32,933 nucleotides of DNA, taken from the NCBI GenBank assembly GCA_002104905.1, contig MCFE01000827.1:1-32933 (forward strand). Reading direction: 5' to 3'. The notes beneath the pieces were generated by a model. The model searched no databases, was not told the origin of the DNA, and saw nothing but the letters and a program-made list of their open reading frames with translations. The stretch comes from Basidiobolus meristosporus CBS 931.73 (Eukaryota > Fungi > Basidiobolomycota). The translations under genes and the position numbers were made by a program. Positions 1-10,764 of the stretch are shown here, piece by piece (position 1 is the first letter of the stretch; every line of letters begins with the position of its first letter).

Positions 1-648
1 CCTTACTTTCCTTATCAGTTTATAGTTGGCTATCTGATTTACATTATGCTTGGAACATGTCCAGCTGTCTCATATTCAGTGGGAGCTGTCAGCCAGCATA
101 ATCAGGACTATGGATCTGATCAAATTGCAGCAGTTAAGCAGATTTTTAGATATCTGAATGGAACTGCTGATATCTGCTTAAGATACACTTATAAGGTTTC
201 AGAACAAGATCTTGTGGGATACTCTGATGCTGATTGGAGACCAAATTTAGAAGACAGTAGAACCACCACAGGATACACCTTTCTTTACTGGTAAGGAGCA
301 ATATCATGGAATTCAGGAAAGCAACCAACTGTAGCACTTTCTACCACAGAGGCAGAGTATACAGTGACCTGCAAAGCTATAGAAGAAGCAATGTGGTAAA
401 GAAAGCTTTTTGCAGATCTAAGCCTATGTCAAAAAATGTCAATTGCTTTATCTCAAGATTATCAAGGATGAATACAATTAGGTAGAAATCCAACTTTTCA
501 TGCAACAACTAAGCACATAAGTATTAGACATCATTTTGAAAGTGAAGCCATGAAGAATAACTTAGTTAGCTTAGTTACCCTCCTTAAGATGAAATGATTG
601 CAGACATACATACCAAACCATTAGCTAGAGACAAGCTTAAATATATTA
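1..648 (+). pseudogene. pol: Ty1/copia element A0: RT C-terminus and RNase H, decayed
   Basis: Translates to MLGTCPAVSYSVGAVSQ...IFRYLNGT...GYSDADW...TTGY...KQPTVALSTTEAEY...TKHISIRHHF, typical copia RT/RNase H motifs with stops. It breaks off at ...DKLKYI at 648 and resumes in frame at 13161. Confidence 0.95.
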
Positions 649-665
649 CCCTATGAAAAATAATT
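649..665 (+). repeat. Left terminal inverted repeat of the CMC element
   Basis: CCCTATGAAAAATAATT; begins with CCCTA, fitting the CMCWR terminus pattern. Confidence 0.85.
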
Positions 666-1225
666 TGGTCCTGCAGGTGGATCCAATCCAGATTATCCAT
701 CAGGATCCCATTTAGAGACCATCATAATAACAGCAGCTTGGAATTAGTTACCCTCCTGACAATCTTATGAGAAGATCATGACAGTGTTTTGCAAATTTTA
801 TATCCAAATAAAGGGATAAAACTTAACAATTTTTGATTGGTGCAGTGACAATATTTGCATGGTATTGTTGCGGTCTTTCAGCGCTCTATTACTATTTTAA
901 GTTGATCCAGTTGGTCTGGACTTCCAATTGCCTTATATGGCAAGAAACTTGCTGGTATTTAGACGGCCTCACAGCAAGACTCTGATCTCATTTTTTTGGC
1001 GGTATAACAGCCTAATACTGGTTCTGTATAATGCTACCATACCAATTTACCAGATGGTATTTCCTTTTCCTACCTCCCCTTGTGCAATTCATATAATCCG
1101 CTGAAGAATTACCTTTCTTTATTTGCTTACCCACTACTACCTTTGGTATTCTACATATAGTTTGAATAAAAAAAAACTATGGCCTCTTGCTTACTAACCT
1201 CTACAAACACTCACACCTGCTGCAA

Positions 1226-2659
1226 TTAACATGCTACTATCACCTCAACTTTACGGCTTTTTGGTGTGATACTTACAAAGTTGCCATATACCTTGTACTG
1301 CTGGTAGCATATACATCTTGCAAACATATGCTTGGTTGTTGCCACTTCAGCCATGAATACATCCTGAATATCCACAAGGCACTTCTTGGTATTTGGCCAA
1401 TATATTCCTTCTCCTGGCTGGATTCTAGTCCCCCTTATAGGTGCACTCTGGCTTTTGTTTGTGTGAATTCCATATTGAATGGTGTAAAAGTTGGCTTGTG
1501 ACCACAAGAAATCTGGCATATGTTGGTGGAGCTTTCCTGATAAAAATTAGTTGCTTGTTGCACCCAACCCAACTTTGCATTACTTAACTGATTACCCACG
1601 CATTGGGGCTGCTTAGCTTCTTAATGCCATAGGCATAGGTGTCTCCATGTGCACATTTGTCCTCAGTATTTTCCAACTCTTTCTGGCTGTCCTCCATGTG
1701 CCAACTTATTATATCTATGACAGACTTGAATGTAATATTATTGATTAGATTGGGATATGGTAGTACCTGCAACTTGACTTGTCTTCCTATCTCCCCACAC
1801 ATGTGCTCCATAGGAAACTCCCAAAAGGTGATGCAAGGCCCAATATTCTCCACACAACATGCAAGATGGAGTAGAGCATGGATACAGTTGGGGCAGAGAT
1901 CTACGCATTCAGCTTTATGTTTGTAGTATAGCTGCTCAAATCCCGTCACAAACGCCTCACAATACCACTATAGATGCGTCAAGTTGGCATTGGTGATCCG
2001 CTTCTGGTTAAATATTCCTATAATGTCCACCTATGACTCCCAATGCTTCCAATGCACTCTTGGTAGCAATGGCTTCAGAACACCACTTGAACAAATACAT
2101 ATCCAGTTCATCCAGTCTTTGCATATATATTGTCACATATGTGTATGAATATTAATTGGAGCCTGTGGGAAGTACTTAGGGTAGCAGACACCCTGTAATA
2201 TCTGGCCAGTTTTTTCAAATTTCTCCGGTATCTCAAAGGGCTCATTTAGCTAGAAATGCCCCATGTACAACTTGGTCATCAGTATAAGGATATTGTTGAA
2301 AAGCAAATGCATTGCTCCCAGTGGAAAGCTTTTGCTCCAACAGATACCCTCTATCATAAGTATCTCCAGCTTCTAATTGATTCCATATTCTGGCCAATGG
2401 CATATAGCTTGTCAACTTTGCTGCAATTGCATGCTTACTTCTGCACGTTCTCTCTGTGGAAAGATGATGTTCTTAGTGCTGATGTTTGGGTAATAATAAT
2501 GTGAGTAAGTCATGGAGTAAATCCCCTGGATCTTACACAATGGATGGCAATACCATCCATTGTGCCCAGAAAAACCTGCTATCTTGCTGATGGCTGGGGT
2601 GTCCCCAATGCAGCTAATAATATGCGCATTTACATGATGGCCATGTACCGTAATCCCAC
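1226..2659 (-). pseudogene. CMC/EnSpm transposase, C-terminal part
   Basis: Minus strand gives GITVHGHHVNAHIISCIGDTPAISKIAGFSGHNGWYCHPLCKIQG, SFPLGAMHLLFNNI, KDWMNW and HALLHLACCVENIGPCITFWEFPMEHMCG, which are Transposase_21/DUF4218-type motifs. The 3' end is approximate. Confidence 0.9.
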
Positions 2660-3729
2660 TGTAGTGGGATGACAGTGACAGCTACTGATAAATGTGCTCA
2701 TACCCTAATTTTCTACTTCCCTACATCTCTACAACACTAATTTTAGTTTTATCCCGTTTGTCTTACCCAATCAGTACTATCCCATCAGCCGGTTGACTAT
2801 CACACCAGCTTACCTTTTTGCATAAGTCACCCCTCACTTTATGTGAGATTACTAGCTATAAGTGCTTCTATAATAGGCAAGTACCCGCACCAGTACCTGT
2901 GACACATGATCAGCCCATGTTGCCATCCCTACCATTTCCATACCATATATGGTCTCCCTATATTACATAGGTTTCAGAATACTGATTCCTGATTGGTTGG
3001 ATGTGCTGTGCATCTTGGAACCTTCTGGCACCTACTTAGAACATTCTTTGGTCATTCTGATGTCATGAAGATTTCTATTGATACCCAGAACCTTCTGGAA
3101 TACTATGCTTAGTAATCACTTAGCCAGTGAGAAAAGTATATAAGGGAGGCTATCCCTCAACAATAAATCATCATCCCTTTTATCAATATTCCAACTTGTT
3201 GATTAGTGTTATCACTGCTACCTCTGCCACCTGGACTCCCTACCCCAGACAACAGGACACTCCCAGAAAGCTGCGCTGACAGTCAACTGACCTTGGAGGC
3301 ACTACTTGTGAGGAATACTCAGAGTAGGTATCTTTTATTATATTTGATTCTTTACCAAGTTTGTTCTTGTACAGGCAAAGATACTTTTCCATCTTGGAAA
3401 CCGTTGACCACAGCTGCATTCTTATCAAGTCCCTGCTGGTGGAGTTTACAGTTGTTTTGACTTTGGAAGCTTTGGTACATTGTCATCTCAAAGGACGCTG
3501 AACCCAGCACATACTTTTGTTAAGACGCCAACTAAGTTAGGGATTGTAGCTCAATAGTTTTCCCTTGACAAGCTTGTGGCTTTATTTCCCTTCACATTAG
3601 ATCTGAGACAGAACCCAAGTATTCCTAGCAAGCTTTTGCTAGAGGTTTTTGCACCCAGTGAACACCCTACACACAAAACACTTAAGAAGTTTTGGATATA
3701 TCTCTCCCTTGGACCTATACACCACCACA
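2660..3729 (+). repeat. gypsy-1 5' LTR (1070 bp)
   Basis: TGTAGTGGG...CACCACCACA, a direct repeat of 8678-9745 (roughly 90-95% identical by eye). TATATAA at 3137-3143 and AATAAA at 3162-3167. Confidence 0.97.
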
Positions 3730-3733
3730 TATT

Positions 3734-3751
3734 TGGCACCCAATGTGGGGG
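3734..3751 (+). promoter_or_regulatory. gypsy-1 primer-binding site, tRNA-Lys type (CpG-decayed)
   Basis: TGGCACCCAATGTGGGG equals TGGCGCCCAACGTGGGG (tRNA-Lys1,2-type PBS) with both CpGs mutated; it lies 4 nt after the LTR. Confidence 0.75.
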
Positions 3752-3869
3752 GTTCATACAAGCTCCCTAGGACCCAACATGATTTACCTGAAAATTTGAG
3801 CTGTTATCCACCTATTGAAAAGAGACTACCAATATTATCAAGATTACAACACCAACCTACCTGCCCAAA

Positions 3870-6800
3870 ATGAACTCTATGCCATTACCACGCTCACATG
3901 AAGCCCCACAGTTTGATTGAAAGAATGCGGAAAGCTTCATATTCAAATGGGAGAAGCTCTGCAAGATGTGCAGCCTATCTGAACAAGAAATGGCTGAAGA
4001 CTTCCCCTACTACTGCACTAATGATATTACCACTAAGCTTTTCAGACAAGGAGACATTCTCACTGACTGGGCCTTAATGAAGACCTACCTACAGACCAAG
4101 TATGGTAGACCCCAGATATACTATGGAATTGAAGACCTCAGACAGTTTGGAAGAACTAGACTTTCCAAGCTACCACTTGAAGAGTTCATTCAACAGTATG
4201 AAGATATGGCCAAGCCACTCCTAGAGTCCCAGGCTATAACTGAGCTGACTATGACACTTTACCTTGCATAAGGGCTTCCCCAGGACTTGGCAAGGAAAGT
4301 TGACTTACATGCAGCCAAGGATGACAAGTCTGGCATTCCTTGCTTTGCAGAGATGAAACAAGTTCTCCTAAAGGCAAAGCAAACTTTTAACGTTATGAGA
4401 CTCCTGACATCTATTCTGCCAGACCAGTCAACTAAGGAGCCAAGGAGTGCTGCTGCTGACAATCAGACCTACACTACCAACAGAATTGACCAACTAGCTG
4501 AACAGCTACAAAAGCTAGCCCCCAAGATTAATGGCTCAGCTGAGGTTGCTACTAAGGGCCAAAGACCTTTGCCCAGGCACTGCATCTGGTGTGACTCTAC
4601 TCAGCATGCCAGACAAGAATGCTCAGAGCTTAGTCAGCTACTCAGAGAAGGAGCAGTACAGTTTGATGCTAATGAAATGCTTGCAGACAAGGAAGGAAGA
4701 AGGATTCCCACTAATTTCCAAAGAGGAGGGATGAGAGCCCTTTTCCAGAAATCTGACTCAGCAACCAGAAAGATTACTGTTGGTGCCCCTATTGGGATTG
4801 ATAAAGTGAATCCAAGCAGCCCTGACAACAGACAATACAAAGTTGATGCCTTTGCTACCAAAAGGCACCTCACTGAAGAACCTGCCAAACACATCCTTAG
4901 AAGACTACAATTTGAAGAACCTGAAGTTGTTATTGACAAGAGGCCTAGTATGCTGCCCACCCAAGATCCATTGCCTCATGTTCAGATAACCTTGAAGATA
5001 GCAAGCTACTCAAGCCCATAACTGATTACTGAGAAGCTGCTGATGTAGAACCTCACTTTGTTGGTTGGAGAAATCATGAGTGTAACCCCATCTGTTAGGA
5101 AGTCCTTTGATGAGCAGCTTAGAACAAGACAACAAGCTGTTGAACATATGGACACCCATATAATTCAGACAAACCATGAAGACCACCAAAAGGATGACAA
5201 CACTACTGAATATAAGACCTTTTACTCAGTTGCAACTGCTGTGGTGAAAGGGTATATATATAATGACCCTGTTGACTGCCATATTGACAGTGGCTGAGAG
5301 ATTTGTGTTATGCTGCTAGACTTCTAGAAGACACTTAGAAGCAAGGAGCTACTGCCTGTTGATAGAGATACTGGATGGAACATGACTGATGCAAACCCAG
5401 GATCTAGTACACTCCATGGTGTAGTGCACAAGTTCCCTATTGAGGTACAAAGAATCAAGGTCTGGCTTCCCCTCTTCATCTGCCAGCAGGCAAACTTTGA
5501 CCTTCTGCTAGGTAGACCATGGGAAACCAGTACTAAGGCTACAACTACTAACTATTCCAATGGGCCAGCATGGTACACCATACAAGGATCCAACCCAGGG
5601 CTACAGTCAACCTTCTGTGGTGTAACACCCAACAATAAGAGGACACATACTGCTTGCCAGAAGACACATCTTGTTATGGAAGAAGATGAGGAGCCTGACA
5701 ATATACACCCCAACATTTGGAGCTGCTCATTAGGTTTACAGGAGCAGACTGCTATGGTTTGGACAAAATACAAGAGAGTAGAACAGAAGATTAGACCATC
5801 ACTTACACCTTTGACTGATGGATCTCAACCTGTTGATTACATTAGACCACCAGAAGAAACACCAGAAGATATACAACTTACACCTGAGAGACTTAAGCAA
5901 CTCATCATTGGTGATGGAAACCGTACACCAGAGGAGATACTATCATTTGAAGAAACCTTGAAAAGGCATGATAAGGTTTTCTCATAAATGACAAGGAGAT
6001 GGGGCTCTCAAAGACATTGGTCAAAAAAGCCATCAAGACTCATACAGTGCCCCACACACCCTGGTCATTTAAGCCTTACCCACTGCCCAGAGGACTCCAA
6101 GCTGATGTGCATGACCTATTTAAGAAGAAGATAGAAGCTGGTTTGTTAGAACCTTGCCATGGACCCTATGCTAACAGATGGTTTGTGACCAAAAAGAAGA
6201 ATGGAAAGCTCTGATTCATTCAAGACATGCAATCTGCAAATGCTGTCACTATCAGAGATGCTGCTATACCACCATCTATTGATGACTTTGCAGAAAGCTT
6301 TAGTGGTCACTCCATCTACTCAACATACAATCTTTACTCAGGATATGACCAGATTCCCCTTGATGAGACATCAAGATATATGTTTGCACTACAGACACCA
6401 TTTGGACTTTTAAGGATGACAAGACTCAGCCAAGGGGCTACAAACTCTGTGGCTCAGTTCCAGAGATGCATGGTGATTGTGTTGTATCAGTTAATACCTG
6501 AGAAACTTGCTGTCTTTGCTGATGACATAGGCATCAAAGGACCAAAAATCCAGGACACTACTGAAGTTATGCCTGAAGTGAGAAAGTTTGTCTATGATCA
6601 TGTTTCAGACAATGATGCCATATTTGGAGCCATTGAAGAAGCTGGACTCACCACAGTGCTGAGAAAAGCAGCTTTGGTGTATCAGAGATATCCATTGTTG
6701 GACAAAAATGCAACACCTTTGGTTGAACACCTGGAAACTCCAAGACACAAAAGATATGCAACTGGCCTACCCATATAAATCTCACACAAGCTTGTGGCTT

Positions 6801-8598
6801 TGTAGCCGCTTGTGGGTTCTTTAGGATCTGAATCCCAAGATTTTTGGAGATAGCAGAACCAATCTACCAACTACAGAGAAAGAATACCTCATTCATCTGG
6901 GGAGAAGAGCAAGAAGAAGCCATGCAATTACTGAAAGAGGCCTTATTATCTCCACCAGTTCTAAGACCTCTTGACTATCAGAACACTGAATGCCCACCTA
7001 TTTTGACAGTGGATGCAAGCCCCATAGGAGCTGGAGCACTACTTTGACAAGATGATGAAGATGGCAACCGCTATGCCTGCAGATATGAGAGCTGCCTATT
7101 CTCTCCTAGAGAACAAAGATACTCATAGATTAAGAGAGAACTACTGGGAGTGGTGAAGATGCTGAGGAAACTGAAGTCACAACTCTACATGACACAATTT
7201 ATCCTGGAGACAGATGCCAAGCCACTTATAGGAATGATCAACAGGCCTGACAAATGTTGTGGCTGATGCACTCTCCAGGAAGGGACCACAATTATTTGAC
7301 AACTTGGACCCTCACTTTGATGACATTATTGATGTAGAGATTCAACAGATTGCCATCAACAACCAAGAGAGATCTACCTGGAGTCTGATCAAGGAATACC
7401 TAACAACACTCAAGAAACCTAGCTGGATGGAAACCCAAGAGCTTAGAAAACTCAGGAAGAAGGCACACCACTACTATCTCAAAGAAGACCTTCTCTTTAA
7501 GCAAGTGAGGCCTGAACTTATGCCAAGAAAAGTAGTCACTACCCCACAAGAGCAACTGAAAATCATGACAAGTATCCACCAATGAGAACCAGGAGGACAT
7601 AGAGGACAAGAAGCCACCTACAATACCACAGCTCAGAGGTACTACTGGGAAACATGTACTATGATATCCAACACTTTGTTGAGTCATGTGTAGCCTGCCA
7701 GAAGAGATCCTCCAAGCATTATGAAGAACCACTGCATCCTACTTACACAATCTGTCTATGGCAAAAGGTTGGTATTGACCTTGTCCACATGCCAACAGCT
7801 GGATCAAAAAAGTACCTGATTGTTGCTAGAGATGACCTTAGTGGATGGGCAGAGGCTTGAGCCTTGCCCAACAGCAAGAGCCATATCATATGGAGATTTA
7901 TACTTGAAGACATCATCTGCAGATTTGGCTGCATCCAAAAGTTTGTTGCTGATGGAGGAGAGATGACATCCCAAATGATCCAGGAGTTGTGCTCAGAGTA
8001 CAAGATACATATTGCTTTTACAACAGCTTACCACCCTCAAGCCAATGTAATGATAGATAGAGGACATGGACCATTGGTGAGCTCTCTTGTCAAGACCTGT
8101 TAGAATAACACAACACTGTGGCCACAGCAATTACATCTTGCACTCTGGGCAGATAGAATTACAACCAAGAGAACAACTGGATTATTGCCATTCAAGCCAC
8201 TCTATGGACATGACTACACACTACCAGTTGAGTTAAACGCAGTCACTTGGAACTCATTGAATCGGAGATCCAATATGCACACTGCAGACCTCCTTGCAAC
8301 TTGCATACAGCAACTTGATCACCATGACTTGAATATCAGCAGAGCTGCTGAACAACTTAAGGATACACAACTGAAGAACAAGGTACCCTTTGACAAATCA
8401 CACCTAACAAGACCAAAACCACAATCACTAAGAGACCCAGTATTACTCTATGGTTCCACCTTGGACAAACAATGGAGTTGGAAGTTTTACAGCAAATGGA
8501 CTGGCCTCTACCTCATTTCCAAAATGATTAGAAATGGAAGTTATTACATATCTGAGCTTGACAACACCCAGTTGAGAGCACCAGTTGTTGGAAATTGA
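3870..8598 (+). pseudogene. gag-pol: gypsy-1 gag-pol polyprotein, decayed
   Basis: gag MPLPRSHEAPQFD, knuckle CIWCDSTQHARQEC, protease HIDSG, RT (YNLYSGYDQI, RLSQGATNS, FADD), RNase H (VDASPIGAG, ETDAKPL, VADALS; internal deletion near 7250), integrase (CVACQKR, GIDLVHMP, DGGE, TAYHPQAN, WTGLY). Multiple stops and frameshifts. Confidence 0.95.
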
Positions 8599-8665
8599 CT
8601 TAAGTTATTCAAGTATAGGAATTTTGCACATCAAGATTAGATTGCTTTGACCCAAGTTCAAAGCT

Positions 8666-8677
8666 GGGGGGGGTGGA
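8666..8677 (+). other. gypsy-1 polypurine tract
   Basis: GGGGGGGGTGGA immediately 5' of the 3' LTR. Confidence 0.85.
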
Positions 8678-9745
8678 TGTAGTGGGGTGACAGTGACACC
8701 CACTGACAAATGTGCTCATTCCCTTATTTTCTACTTCCCTATATCTTTACTACACTAATTTTAGTTTTATCCCATTTGTCTTACCCAGTCAGTACTATCC
8801 CATCAGCTGGTTGACTATCACACCTGCTTACCTTTTTGCATAAGTCTCCCCTCACTTTATGTAGGATTACTAGCTATGTGTGCTTCTATATTAGGCAAGT
8901 TCCCGCGCCAGTACCTGTGACACATGATCATTCCATGTTGCCATCCCTACCATTTCCATACCATATATGGTCTCCTATGTTACACAGGTTTCAGAATACT
9001 GATTCCTGATTGGTTGGATGTGCTGTGCCTCTTGGAACCTTCTGGCACCTACTTAGAACATTCTTTGCTCATTCTGATGTCATTAAGATTTCTATTAATA
9101 CCCAGAACCTTCTGGAATTCCATGCTTAGTAATCACTTAGCCAGTGAGAAAAGTATATAAGGGAGGCTATCCCTCAACAATAAATCATCATCCCTTTTAT
9201 AAATATTCCAACTTGTTGATTAGTGTATCACTGCTACCTCTGCCACCTGAACTCCCTACCCCAAACAACAGGACACTCCCAGAAAGCTGCGCTGACAGCC
9301 AACAGACCTTGGAGGCACTACTTGTGAGGAATACTCAGAGTAGGTATCTTTTATTATATTTGATTCTTTACCAAGTTTGTTCTTGTACAGGCAAAGATAC
9401 TTTTCCATTTTGGAAACCATTGACCACAGCTGCATTCTTATCAAGTCCCTGCTGGTGGAGTTTACAGTTGTTTTGACTTTGGAAGCTTTGGTACATTGTC
9501 ATCTCAAAGGACGCTGAACCCAGCACATACTTTTGTTAAGGCTCCAACTAAGTTGGGGATTGTAGCTCAATAGTTTTCCCTTGACAAGCTTGTGGCTTTA
9601 TTCCCCTTCACATTAGATTAGAGACAGTACCCAAGTATTCCTAGCAAGCTTTTGCCAAAGGTTATTGCACCCAGTGAACACCCCACATACAAAACACTTG
9701 AGAAGTGTTGGACATATCTCCCTCTTGGACCCATACACCACCACA
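8678..9745 (+). repeat. gypsy-1 3' LTR (1068 bp)
   Basis: Direct repeat of 2660-3729 with TG...CA ends. Confidence 0.97.
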
Positions 9746-10637
9746 CTGCTGGAAAGCATACAAAGTTCATCCAGCAATGGATACAGGTAGCTATCCAGGT
9801 TGGATGGTGATTTAGGCCCAGATACCAATGAGACTACCATCAGATTATTGCTCTGATACCATATGATGGGTGGTGGATTCAGATTGATGAGAATCAGTGG
9901 CCAGCAGGATTTGCTGGTAGAGTACCTGTTTCATGAGAGTCCACCCAGTGCTAAAGCCAAGGCATGGTCATAGATACCTTCAAAGTAGCCCTTGCTTCTT
10001 AGCTGTTTGTAATGTTTGCCATTGAATATATCAGATATGTTTGCACTTGATTGATACTGGGTGTGGTACTGTATAGCTTTGCAATATCTGTTGGACTCAT
10101 CAGCTTCCTCAGACAGGGTATGGCCGGAATATATCCAGAGTGTGAATAATGTTTTCCCTCAATGGTGGTGGATTCCTGACAATTTGGACATGCTGCAATG
10201 GTAGCACTTTTGGATGTGAATGCCATGCAACTGTTAACACATGCTGGAATCAGGATAGTGTCTGGATCAAGTGTTGCCAGCCACATGATGGTTGTTCACT
10301 TGTACCATGTAAATAGTAAGTTGCATCCCGGTATGATTTTGGCTAGAAGTAGTAAAAAATCCTCAAAGCCCCCATTACTGATATTAGTGGAAACACACTT
10401 ACCTAACCCTAAAACACTGGCCATGATCCATGTAATACTTCCTATGCTGTCTGCATACTTTATGGCTGAGAGGCTTGCCACAATAGCCACATGGTCTTTT
10501 TTCTCTTTTCTTATGGTGTTGAGTCAAAGTAGTCATGTCCATGGGGCAAACAGTTTGACCTTCAGCAACGTAACATTATTATATCATTTTTTGGTCAATA
10601 CTCATGTAAACTTAAGACAGTCTTGTATTTGAGACAT
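9746..10637 (-). pseudogene. CMC/EnSpm transposase, N-terminal part
   Basis: ATG at 10637. Contains the Cys cluster CVNSCMAF...ACPNCQE and VSGPKSPSNLDSYLYPLLDEL (Tnp21 GP-x-x-P...L-x-PL-x-DEL motif). Joins the C-terminal part in frame (ELCMLSS-GITVHG) once the gypsy element and one TSD are removed. Confidence 0.9.
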
Positions 10638-10764
10638 TGCACCTGCATGAATGTAAGATTCAATGATGACCTGCCATAGTAGGCATTATAAATAAAGTTG
10701 TGGCACCACATACACATGTATATTTAACACTATTTCCCCTTTGGTCTGACTCACTTCCATATAT

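Larger units (their letters stand above)
2660..9745 (+). mobile_element. Full-length Ty3/gypsy LTR retrotransposon (gypsy-1, 7086 bp)
   Basis: Two ~1.07-kb TG...CA LTRs, PBS, PPT, and gag-PR-RT-RH-IN order. The 4-bp TSD CCAC/CTGC is derivable from CCGC. Confidence 0.97.

Noticed and set aside
2654-2669. Hairpin TCCCAC-TGTA-GTGGGA at the gypsy-1 left junction
   Set aside because: It is a short stem that is partly created by decay of the TSD (CCGC to CCAC); consistent with chance.
3206-9476. Near-identical 84/110-aa ORFs at 3206-3460 and 9144-9476 (plus antisense 62-aa ORFs) as a duplicated gene or env-like gene
   Set aside because: They lie wholly inside the two gypsy-1 LTRs, so the duplication is explained by LTR identity; there are no recognisable motifs.
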